A stretch of 64,000 nt of DNA, taken from assembly GCF_009914755.1 (NCBI RefSeq), contig NC_060926.1. The stretch is one strand, 5' to 3'. The position numbers and the translations under genes are program-made. Below the pieces are notes generated by a model, which did not search any database, had not been told where the DNA came from, and saw only the letters and a program-made list of their open reading frames with translations. This stretch comes from the human T2T-CHM13v2.0 reference genome, Homo sapiens. Positions 1-20,544 of the stretch are shown piece by piece (position 1 is the first letter of the stretch; every line of letters begins with the position of its first letter).

Positions 1-17
1 GAGAGGGCCTGATATAG

Positions 18-1084
<1,067 letters not shown>

Positions 1085-2967
1085 TAGACAAAAGCATAAA
1101 AAATAACTAATGTCTAAAAACAGCATACAGTCAGGATGAACAACAAATCTGGACCAATACAATAGGGAGGACAAAAAGATGTGAATAAACGGGCTGACAT
1201 TTCATGTTCCTGGAGAGAACTTAGTATCCCATCCCACATTGTTTCGCGATTTAACATTAACATTTATACAAAAGTTACTAATTAGAACAAAAGTTATTGA
1301 TTAGAATTAACTTATTAGAAAAACCTGGACAAACATACCCTAAAGTGCAGCCAGGTGATCACTCTTCTTGATCACCTATGTAATGTCTCATAGAGTACTC
1401 TGGTGTGAATAGCAATTTCCAAAGGTCTTTCACTTTGCATTTTTCTTTGTATCCAGAATCGATAAAGTTACCAGGACTATTTCACAGTAATTAGACTTAC
1501 AAAATCTTAACACTAAATAGACGCTAAGGCTATACATTCTTCCAATGTCTCAAGTCTATTGCTGGCCATCAGGAGCACCTGGATACGTAGAACATAAGAA
1601 AGTTTGCGAAAAAGGAATCAAAGCAACAGGAGGAGTCTGGTTTGAACGGTTATTTCAACCAAATTACATTAAGGACTGCTAACTGTTTTCTGCCCCACAA
1701 AAATACCCTTTGTAAATGTTTCCAAACTATAACACAGGTCCTCCTGGAGCAACGGCTAGATAAATTAACAAACTTTTAGACTTTACGCTCCCCTTTTCCA
1801 AACTCCAAGTCGACCACTCCCCATTTGTTAACAGAAACTTACTATAACTGATTAGATTTCTAACCTTTCCTAGGGAGAGCCAGTTCAATTCTAAAAGGGT
1901 TGGTCACATGGGTTGCTAAATTAAAATATAAAGCATTTCCTAACAGGGAAGGGAGGCTGGTCAATTGTGGTTATTTTTATCAGTAACTTTAAATATGGAT
2001 CCATAGATTATCAATTTATGGCTGTCGTGGGTGTTAGAAGATGACCTAATCCCATCCCCATTTTCATTTAAAAAACTGAAACTAAAGCTCTGTAAAATCA
2101 AATGATTTAAAATCATCTGACTAGGCCGAGAAAGGATTAGCTCTCTAGAGCATTACGGTAACAATCATTCGCAAACAGGTAGCATTATCTGGCGACCCTG
2201 CTTTTCTGGAAATCTTGTCAATTATTCAGTTCCTTAAATTCCGTCAGCTACAACAGATGCATCAGCTCTTTCCACACTAACTTGAAAGAAGCACATTAGA
2301 AAATAGTCCTGACTTGTTTCTTGAGATCAGTAACTAATGAACTGACCTCCACCAGTCCTGCCTCAGGTCGTTAATGGTAAAAATTCTGTATGTCAGCCGC
2401 GTTTTGAGGCCTGTCCAAGGTGCTTGTGAGTCCCACATGTTGGAGTCGCAGGGCTTTTCAGTACATGCCCTCAGGCAGGCGGCGCAGTCACAGACACTGG
2501 TCCCCGGCATTTGGAAACAGGAAAGATGGTCCGAGGGGCCGAGGAGTTTTTCTTGCAACCTTTAAATTACAAGCAAGAAAAACGTGGGTTTTATTTCGGG
2601 CACAGGAATAGAATGAATTCTGAAATGGAGAACTAGAGGCCTGCGTGGGGAATGAGGGACAAGCGCGAGAAGAAAGGGAAAGGCCTTTCTCTCTGGTGAC
2701 GCGCGATCACAAGGCGTTCCCTCTACGTGGACGCTCACCATTGGCGGAGACCGCACTGACGTCCCGGAACTCGCCCTGACGCGAACGGCGGCAAAGGCCC
2801 TCTTCCCCTGAAAGCTGGCGAGGCGCGCGCGCTCCCGCGGCACGCCGCGCCTCCGCCCTCCGCCCGCCAACCCGCTGGTCCAGTCCCTCTTCGCGCCCGC
2901 TTGGCTCCGCCCCCTTCCCAATTCGCTCCTCCCCCAACAGACTGGCGGCGCGCGGAAAACGCGTCAC

Positions 2968-3041
2968 GTGACGACTGGCCCCGCCTCTTCCTCTCGGTCC
3001 CATATTGAACTCGAGTTGGAAGAGGCGAGTCCGGTCTCAAA
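2968..3041 (+). ncRNA. MIR4444-1: miR-4444 precursor-like hairpin overlapping the HNRNPA3 5'UTR
   Basis: Perfect 10-bp stem CGCCTCTTCC (2982-2991)/GGAAGAGGCG (3018-3027); CTCGAGTTGGAAGAGGCG (3010-3027) matches the miR-4444 mature sequence as recalled. Confidence 0.7.
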
Positions 3042-9529
<6,488 letters not shown>

Positions 9530-12500
9530 AAACAGCAGAAAAGGGTAGGTATCTTTAAATTTTTATTATGATGATAAAAGAATATGTGGAACTGTTCACT
9601 GAGTGTAATAATTTTTTTATCCTGTATTATTCAACAGGCTACAGTTCTTAGCAGGAGAGAGAGCGAGGAGTTGTCAGGAAAGCTGCAGGTTACTTTGAGA
9701 CAGTCGTCCCAAATGCATTAGAGGAACTGTAAAAATCTGCCACAGAAGGAACGATGATCCATAGTCAGAAAAGTTACTGCAGCTTAAACAGGAAACCCTT
9801 CTTGTTCAGGACTGTCATAGCCACAGTTTGCAAAAAGTGCAGCTATTGATTAATGCAATGTAGTGTCAATTAGATGTACATTCCTGAGGTCTTTTATCTG
9901 TTGTAGCTTTGTCTTTTTCTTTTTCTTTTCATTACATCAGGTATATTGCCCTGTAAATTGTGGTAGTGGTACCAGGAATAAAAAATTAAGGAATTTTTAA
10001 CTTTTCAATATTTGTGTAGTTCAGTTTTTCTACATTTTAGTACAGAAACTTTAACAAAATGCAGTTTCGAAGGTGTTTCCTTGTGAGTTAACAAGTAAAG
10101 AAGATCATTGTTAATTACTATTTTGTATGAATTTTGCTAAAGTTAACTGTAAAGAAACACCTGCTGACTTGCAGTTTAAGGGGAATCTATTCTCCCCATT
10201 TCCAAACCATGATATGAATGGGCGCTGACATGTGGAGAGAATAGATAATTTGTGTGTTTGCAATGTGTGTTTTAGATAAATAGGATTGGGTATTTAAATT
10301 AGCATTTGTGAATTTAATAGCATTAAGATTACCTTCAAATGAAAAAAAATCTCAAAATTTCTATTTGGTTTTTGTGCATTTTCTTTTAAAATGTAATCAT
10401 ATGATTTTAGTGTGTTAGACTTGCTGAGTCCTAGCTGTGTTTAGAACATCTCTATTCTACATTTACCTTGGTCAAATTTGAACTGCTGCCATAGGTTTTG
10501 GGTGTAAAGAATGTTTACTGCCCTCCATTTAAATTCTGAAAAGGGATGGTGGATGTTTTCCCTCTCCTACGTTAGAAACCATTCTTAAAAACTTTTGAAA
10601 ATATAGAACCATTAAGCCTGCTATATCTGAGCAAATTAATGGGTACCTTTTTTTTCTTATTTAAAGCACAAGAGGCCCATAAATCTTGAGTTACTTTAAA
10701 TTCTTTTTTTTGATACAAGTTTTCAGAGCAAGAGAATAAAAATCATGTGTTATTAAACCCCTAACTGGCTGGCATGCTTTCCTGTTTGTATTCTATACAT
10801 TTTGCTGGATGAAACCAAGGATAGTTCAGGTATAATTGTCCAAAATAACCTAACTGCAGCAGAAATGTAGCACAGTTGCTTAGTACAGGCTTCTCACTTC
10901 CTACAGACCTGAATTCAAATTTGGATAGTCTGAGTTCTTAAATTCCCAAAGAACACACTGTTATTTCTTGTGTATATTTCAACATAAATCATGTTGTTAC
11001 CAATTTGTTTGGAAGGCCCTGGTTGAGAAGAGTTTTAGTTAATAAGGTCATATATACATATATTAATATAAACCAATGTCTACTGTTTTGCTCCAGCTAG
11101 TGCTTACAGTTTCATTCGAGCCCTGAGTATGTGCCCTGCTGTTACTCTCTTTGGTAGTTGAACGTTGAATTCAAGTCTTTTGTTTTAAGAAGTACTAAGC
11201 AAACAAGCAATAAAAAGGGGAATGGGGTGTGCTAGTGTTTGAATATGCTCTCTTGTTGCTCTAATTCTGTGCCTCTGTGCATTAATATTTGGATGCATGC
11301 AATGCCAGCATGGAAATTGGTCTTCACATATACTGCAGTTTTCCAGAAACATTCACAAACCAATAAATGTAACAGACATTCCATTTGTTAATGGGCATAT
11401 ATGTGAAAAGCAGTGTAGAAAATAGGCTAATATTAGAAAATGGTTAAGTCCTAAATAACTTCAAGTGTGGTTATATAATGGACACTGTCAATGTTCATAA
11501 CTTAAACCTGGGTACCTGGTCAAAATAATGCTTGGGAAACATTAAAATTGAGCTAAATTGTCTCAAGTTCTTTTATTCATATAAATAAAGTTTAAAGGAA
11601 TGGGGGAGATTAACATTTCCTGTTTTATGTTTGTGAAATTGTTTGACACAACCTTGACAGTATCCTTTAATGGCATGAGGTTAATTGTACTGTTAACCAA
11701 CTTTCTATGTTCTGGAACTAGTATTATAGTGAAAACATTTACAGTAAGTTGATGTTTACAACCTATAAGCAGGTGAAATCTGTGTATGTGACCTGTTTAT
11801 AAGTTGTATTAGCTTAGCTCTTGTGAACAGTGTGGAAAAGTAAGCCATGAGGAGAGCGATTTAACCACCTTTAAAGGACCTAAGATGTGCTTTTTAAGCA
11901 CAGTGTGGATCACAGAAACTCACTAAGACAGGACTTCAGCAGCCTTTTGTGTTTGGACAAGTCAGCATAAATAAAGAATGACAAGGCAGCAGCAAGAGCT
12001 TCAACTACAGAGAAGTGAAGGCATAAGATACTATGATGATAGTGAGCAACTTTCCAAAAGCTAGTTAAATCTGCTTATTACAACTGAAATATCGAAGAAA
12101 GTCTAGCAGGAAGGAGCTCTTCGCCTTTTGGAACATCAATGAGAGATAGTTGCCACAGTCACTAGGTCTAGCATTTAGACCTGCAAGGAAGGGCAATAAG
12201 CATTAGGTAAGGCTTGAATTTGAATTTTTTCACTAATTAAAGAGTAATTTTTTGTAAAGCAAGGTAAGAGTAATCTTTTTGATTTGCAGGTTGAATGAGA
12301 ACCCTACTTGCCTAAATGAGGAATGTCTTTCCTACCATCTAAAATACGAAGGTTTCTGGCTGGGTAAGGTTTGTAGTTGACAGTAAAACCTGATGACACC
12401 ATTTGTTTCCCTGCAAGTCTACATTACATATTTCACAACTTTGTCCCTCTCTAGTAGGCACATTGGAAAAATTCTTCAACTGAAAACTACCTTGGTACCA

Positions 12501-12755
12501 TGTCCTACACGTTTTAAACCTTAGTTTTAAAAATTCCCCTGCGAAATAGCCATAAGTATTCATATCAAGTCAGTTGTGACTCCTTGTGTATACAATTCAT
12601 TTTTTGTGTCTTCAGGGTAAACTCAATTTTTGGTAAAGTGGTTTCAGCTTTTGTGAAAACCGTTTTTGTGTGTAAGCATGACACACAACAGACTCAGTAA
12701 GCTGCCCATCCTCATACTAGGAAAACACCTTCAAAGGAACATTAAAAGTTACCAG

Positions 12756-13019
12756 GGCCAGGCACAGTGGCTCACGCCTGTAATCCCAGCACTTTGGGAG
12801 GCTGAGGCAGATGGATCCCAAGTCCAGGAATTTGAGACGAGCCTGGGCAACATAGTGAGAGCCTGTCAACAAAAAATAGAAAAATTAGCTGGGCTTGGTG
12901 ATACACATCTGTAGTCCCAGCTATTTGGGAGGCTGCCTTGATATCAGGCAGTCGAGGCTGCAGTGAGCTGACTGCCCCACTGTATTCCAGCCTGGGTGAC
13001 CCCATCTCAAAGAAGAAAA
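12756..13019 (+). mobile_element. AluJ-like element inside the HNRNPA3 distal 3'UTR
   Basis: Alu body flanked by AAAAGTTACCAG duplication (12744-12755, 13016-13027). Confidence 0.9.
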
Positions 13020-14166
13020 GTTACCAGATGTCATGGGTAAAGGTTGGTCTTCAAGTGGCCTCATAAGTTGTCTTGCATTTAAATTCAGGGAATTCATTGG
13101 ACCAATAGGTTACATTTTCGTTCCTTTTTTGTTTTGGTTCATCTGTTAAGCAGTGGGGGCCTAATTACTGCTCCTTTGTAAAAACACATTTTCCCAAAGA
13201 ACACTGAATTACCGTTCAAACTGGTTGTTGATGGGTAATAAGGGCTGTTTTTGCTGCCCCAAAAGGGCTTAACAATTTAGGCGGATAGTTTACTTAAAAA
13301 AAAAAATCCTTTGGAGACATACTGAAAATGCAAACTAGTTTCTAAATTATCAATTCCCTACATGAAGAAGCAGTTTGCCAGAGTTTAGTCTCAGAAAATG
13401 ACTGGTTGGCTCTATTTAAATCAGAACCCAATTTCTACGCGTGTTGAATAAGGTAACAGCCTTTGATGAATTTCCTTCACAACATGGTTTTAGTGAAGCA
13501 AACATTTTTTTTTTAAGGGCATTGTTCTTTCTAGTTTATTTCTTTTTATGAAATAAAATTATTTTATTTAAACAGTTCCATTGTCGTTTCTGAAAACTAC
13601 AGTATTCTCAGAAGTTGTAGCAGCAGTAAAAAAAAAAAAGTTGTTCTATAAGTGATTGGGGCAGATTTAACTGATTTTGTTAAACCAATTTGTAAGTTAC
13701 TGCTTCTAATATTACACTTCTAAAAAGCTGAATTTATACTCATGTCCTAAAGGAGAATATGTGGTAATAAAGTATATTTGTTAAGTAACTAATTGAAATA
13801 GGCTTGGTTTTAAGAGTTCCAGTATATAATAATCACAAATTGAAACCTGACAGTATCTTGGGAGTTCCAGTAATGTCACAAATTAGTGAATAAGCATGCC
13901 AGTGTGCAAGGGTAATGTAAGGATTGTTAGCCTATCTAAATATTCAAAATTACTTTAAAACTTAAGTATGTTTTCTGATTTTTAAGAATTCAGAAGTGTT
14001 CTGTAATGGATTCAGATGTTTCATTTGTAGTATAATGAAATGTTTACAGAAAGATAACTTTTTCATTAAAATATTTTTAGAAATGTGTGTGTTGTTTTGT
14101 CACTTCACAATGTTCATGTGACTTAAACACTATAGGTGAATATTTTGACTTATTTTACCAGTAAGT

Positions 14167-14172
14167 AATAAA
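14167..14172 (+). terminator. HNRNPA3: Distal HNRNPA3 polyadenylation signal
   Basis: AATAAA followed by U/GU-rich sequence; last AATAAA before the repeat-rich intergenic DNA. Confidence 0.65.
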
Positions 14173-14871
14173 ACAACAGGAAACTTGGAGTGAGCCTTTA
14201 TCAGTTATTTTTAAAGATGTGGATTCTATTATATGGGAAACAAGCCATGGGAAATAGGCATGGAAGGAAAAATAATTTTTAAAGTTATCAGCCCTTGTTG
14301 CCTAAAATAGGTCTTGAAAGACAATATATGAGATATTTGGGTGATACATGTGAGGAATCTATGAACCTTTGAGGGGGAAAAAAGGATAAACGAGTTAGTA
14401 AATAGAAACTAGGAGAAAAAAGTGGTTGCTAGGAGGGAGAGGACATTACAGATGTTGGAATTACCTAGTTTGATCTTGAAAGGCAGTGGAGTGGTTCAGT
14501 ATTGTATGGTGAGAGTAAGTTGGGGAAAACCTTTCATGAAATTTAGTAGTCTTAAACGACACTGCCGTTTGACACAAAGGGAAAAGGGTAAGGATGATGT
14601 GGGTAATGATCATCCGTTTTGTTGGATTCATTTGTGGGGGTAGGTCTTTTGATAATTTATTTTTTGAAATGTGTGTATTTGGATTTCTAGCCTTAATAGC
14701 TATTAAGCACATTTTCCCAATATAGTTTTTTCAAGTGAAATACTTTATAAGTTGAAGCCAGCTGAGGATTCTTCGCTAGCTGTTAGACTTAATGCATACT
14801 CATTTTGCTTGTATTCAAACACTGGTTTCATGTTCTGTGCAGTTAAGTAATCTTAAAGAATGGCGTGTCTA

Positions 14872-15225
<354 letters not shown>

Positions 15226-15867
15226 TTATTTCCAACAAAAGTATATTTACCCTTGTTTTCTTAGAATAAAAGGACATTCTTACATAAACTGCAAAATATT
15301 CAGAAAATGATGAAATTTGAGTCTGCATGTGCATGTCACAGACGTAAATGTAAGGATTATTTTGCAAAAATTGGATTGTCAAATACATTGGGTTGATTTT
15401 AATTTTGAATTGAATATACTACAATGCCAAGGTTTAGGGGGATGTAAGGGGGTAACAGGTAAAATAAGCCATTTTAAGCTTAACACATTTTCAAAGACCC
15501 TAACACCAGGTAATGGTAAGGATGCATTGAAGTGTGTACATTGTGCACAGTTCTGAAAGCTAGCTAGGAAATGGGAATTAACCCATACTGTTCAACTTTT
15601 ATTGGTAAAGAAATAGTAACTGGGTGAAGGGTATACACAAGGATGTTGACAGCTTGAAAATGCCTTAAGATACATGAAATAGTTATATTCACTACATCCG
15701 TATATATAGCCGCTAATTACTTAAAGCACTTGTCATCGTACATTAAGGAATTGCGTAAAATGTTTAGCTGTATCTGTAGGCTCCAGGTAACTTAATTTTT
15801 TAATTGTATTACTATGATGTTCAGTAAATGCTGAGTGAACTTACATTCTTTAAAATACATCAAAAGA

Positions 15868-16248
<381 letters not shown>

Positions 16249-17013
16249 TTAATTTGTAGGTTTTTGTTACTCTGATTCTTGTGTCAGATTTTGTTTATCA
16301 GTAAGAAATGTAAATACAGAATGTAAAAGCAGTTTTGTGAGCTTGGGCAGGTTACTTGGTTCCTTTTTAATCCCGTGCGCTCTGGCAGATTGGTGTGCCA
16401 GCAGGCCCCTTGAATGTTGATTTTTTACATGGTGTGAGATACAAGTGAGATTACTCAAATGTTTCATGAAAATAATTACCAGAATAATAAGTTTATGACT
16501 TAATGTACTTGAAACACTAAATTAGGTCTGATGGTGGGTCTGATTTCTAACATTGAAGTTGTGATGTATAAGTGATAATGTGGTTTAAATTGTACTTTAA
16601 GACAAGTACAGTGAAATGCCAGTGGTTCATTGCCTGGAATATTGAAGGAAATGTTATGTGTTAGTAAAAATGAAGAAACTTTCTTCCCATCAAAATTGTC
16701 AGACCTAAAATCTATACAGGTTAAGAACTCCTGTTTTTAACCTGATTTCCTCCCCCCCACCTCCACACATGCACACACACACTTTTTTTTTGGTAAAATG
16801 GATTTATAATTCCCTCCCTTCAGTAAATCAGAAGGTTAAATTCAATAGCTTAAAGAACTTAGTACCTGTCTTATGGACCCTAAAGATAGTGTCTTGGTAA
16901 TGCTGGATACTGTCTTACAAGGATATCCTGAAGCATACCTAAAATTTTAATGGGTGATAAAAGTTATGTCAATGTCTTAAGCGTTTCTCCCCCACCCCCC
17001 AACATAGGATTGA

Positions 17014-17313
<300 letters not shown>

Positions 17314-18062
17314 CTGAAGTTTTCTAGTCTTTAATTTTTTTCAAGTTCTCAAGTGTCAAAACAGCATCAACTGAAAACAAAGTGCCCTGGTAGCTATCAT
17401 CTTTAAATTGGAATGAGAATTATCTTGTATATATTCTGAGGCTTAGTCACAAATATAGATATGGCAAACATATTTGAGCAGCGCTCCCCTCAAAAACAGG
17501 AACTTGGGAAATCTTGGCAAGAAGAAAGGTTTTTATACAAAGTTGTGCAATTACAGTTTGATAGTCAAATTTGAGGACAGTCAGGTATAAAGCTCTCAAT
17601 TCAAATGCAGATCAAGAGAAATGAACACTTGGTTTTATTAGTCATGGCATAGTTGAGACTTGTTATTTGAAATTTGTAATTTCTCACAATAATTTTTTAT
17701 TCTTCACTGTAATATTTTTAGGTACCATAAGTTTCTATGGCCAGTTCCCTCGTATGAATTGGTCAGAATACGTTGAAGTTTACTACCAAAGAATGTCTGT
17801 TTTTGTCTGCCCAGCAATGCTCTTCCCCCTTCAAATATCAGTCAATGTTAGGTGCTCCAGATAGCTGCTGCTGAGATTCTTGCCACCATCTCTGCACTCA
17901 CAATTTGGTCTAAGAATAGACAGTTTGTTCAAGACCTGGGATTATGTTCTGAGTTTGGAAAAGTGATGTCTTCTCCCGAGATTCCCCATCACCACACCAT
18001 CAGAGGAAGGAAGTTCCTTGATAGCACGTGAAAAATATTCAGGACCCCAAATCTTCACACTT

Positions 18063-18407
<345 letters not shown>

Positions 18408-18638
18408 TTAGATTCATTAGTCCTTGAAGTCATTTTCAATCCTGAACTTTAACAGTGAAATTCTCTAGTAAGCTAATTTGACTGGATTCACTTGTAGCCA
18501 AAAAGCATAATACAAGACCAAAGGAAATTGACAAAACACCCATCATTTATGCAATGTTTACTATGAGCTAGGCGCAGTGCTTTTTGTGGGGTGACCCACT
18601 GAGTACCACTCTGCTTTATAGATGAGAAAATATGCTTA

Positions 18639-18776
<138 letters not shown>

Positions 18777-19084
18777 CTAAACGCCATTCTAGGAATTAGC
18801 AGCAAGCCCATGCAGTGTTGCTAGGAGTCTTCACTGAATAGTTACACATGCAGTGCTTATTTTAAACATACTTAATGAATCTCCATTTCCTCACTTTAAA
18901 AAGGCAAAACAATATGAACAAGTGAAACCTGCTTAGGTGAAGAAATAATCGATAACTGAATGGCTCGTTGGAAAGCATGCAGATTTTCAAAGGGTTTTGA
19001 GGGGACTTGTTTTTGTACACTCTAGTTAACGTCTAATAGATCTCTCGGTATGTCCAAAAAGGAACTGATTTTCCCACGTGGGTC

Positions 19085-20305
19085 TCCCTCTATCCAGTCT
19101 TCTCCATCCTCAGACAACTCAATTCTTAAAGATGTTAAACTTCTTGACTCACATCCATTCTACCAGAAAATCCTTTTAGTTCTCTGAGACATGGCAGAAT
19201 CCAATGTCCCTGACTACCCCTCTTCTATCACTCTAGACCAAGCTGCCATCATAATGCATGAACCTCTCAATTGGTTTTCTACTCCCATCCTTACCCTCTA
19301 TACTGTTCTCAACACACAAGCCAGAGGAAATGTTAAAAGTTGTAGCTCTGAGGCATTTTATAGAAAGTTGATACTCATACACATAAAAAGTAGTAGGAAC
19401 CTAAAATTCATCATACATTGATTTCATTTTTGAGCTTGACGTAGTAAATCCTTAGCTTCATTGATTTGGGTTGCTATATAAGGAGATCCTTCTTTGGGCG
19501 ATTTAAGATCATATTTGTTACTGAGCATCTCTTATTTTTCCTTTAATGGCAGTAAGGCTTAGAGGTAGTATTGCTGCTTCCCATTTTGTCCTTTTTAGTT
19601 CAAGCCCACCTCTCTAATAGCCACCGCTGAAGGCAGATTTTGGTAGACTTTGAAAATCCTGTTTTACTTCAGGCTATATGTGCTTCCTGACTTGCAAAAC
19701 CTGCAGCAGAAATGGCCAGTCCAGCTGCCACCACTGTACTGACCGTGGCTGCAGCTCAGCTTCTTTCACCTCCATCTGGATTGGTACAGCCACCTGCCAC
19801 TAACTACACTCCTTTACCAGAAAGCTAGGCAGCCACTGCCAGCAGTCACAAACCCCAGAGGGAACTTTAAAAAAACAGTTGAGTGTTACTCCTGAACAGC
19901 ACCATTAGCGCCCCACCTCACTTACGTAGACTTACGAGGCTCTGTCATATTCCACCCCCATCCCTTTCTTCAGCCACATTGTCCTTGTTTTTTCTCAAAT
20001 GTGGTTCAGCCTTTGGACCTGCTGTGTCTTGTCTGCAGTGTTCTTGGCTATGAGAACAGCTTCTCCCACACCTTCAAATGTTGCCACTTCAGTAAGGCTC
20101 TTCCCATTTACAGCCTTAAGTTGTGACGCTTTTTACTGGTTTTCCCCGTCCAGTTCCTTCTAACATAGTGGAGTATGCTTGTTACCTCCCCTTCGCTAGA
20201 ATGCAAGTTCCAGGCCAGGCAGGGATATTGGTTTTGTCCTTTCTACTTCAAACTCTGCCTAGGGTATAGTGGGCGTATGTCTACTGATGGAAATAAATGA
20301 ATCAG
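19085..20305 (+). mobile_element. Degenerate LINE-2 3' region, interrupted by the DNAJC19 pseudogene
   Basis: L2-like motifs (CTAGAATGCAAGTTCCAGG...GGCAGGGA, terminal AATAAATGAAT at ~20300); family recognised by eye only. Confidence 0.55.
19335..19830 (-). pseudogene. DNAJC19P5: Processed pseudogene of DNAJC19 (TIM14); decayed CDS 19746-19424 plus UTR remnants
   Basis: Minus strand reads (ACG)VSTVVAAGLAISAAGFA, DFQSLPKSAFSGGY*RGGLELKRTKWEAA and GSPYIATQINEAKDLL, matching DNAJC19; no introns, start ATG>ACG, in-frame TAG, frameshifts; the P5 number is from recall. Confidence 0.88.
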
Positions 20306-20544
20306 TGCTTTCATGTCAGTGTGTAACATTTTCTTGGGTTTAGATGTACCTGCTATTGAAGAGGCAAAGTATCCTCTTGATATACTTTATTTCTCTGTAA
20401 CCCTGGTACTAGAAATGTAGTATAAAATTATTTTTATATTTTCAAATAAAACATTCTGAAAATGCAAAACATCTAAATTAAATGGATGATTATCTTATGG
20501 AAAATACTGTGTGAATAAACTCAAAGGAATCCCAAACAAATAAT

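Larger units (their letters stand above)
9638..14190 (+). other. HNRNPA3: HNRNPA3 terminal non-coding exon / long 3'UTR with multiple polyadenylation signals
   Basis: Acceptor tcaacag|G at 9637/9638; AATAAA at 9977, 10735, 11209, 11362, 11584, 11970, 13552, 13766, 14167; nearly repeat-free for 3 kb; exact 3' end inferred. Confidence 0.8.

Noticed and set aside
1353-1377. 9-bp inverted repeat AGGTGATCA...TGATCACCT
   Set aside because: Short, expected occasionally by chance, and no supporting context
11978-11988. Isolated ARE matches (ATGACAAGGCA here; also 17441-17450, 22729-22738, 26093-26102)
   Set aside because: Single hits are within chance expectation for a motif with 6-8 fixed bases
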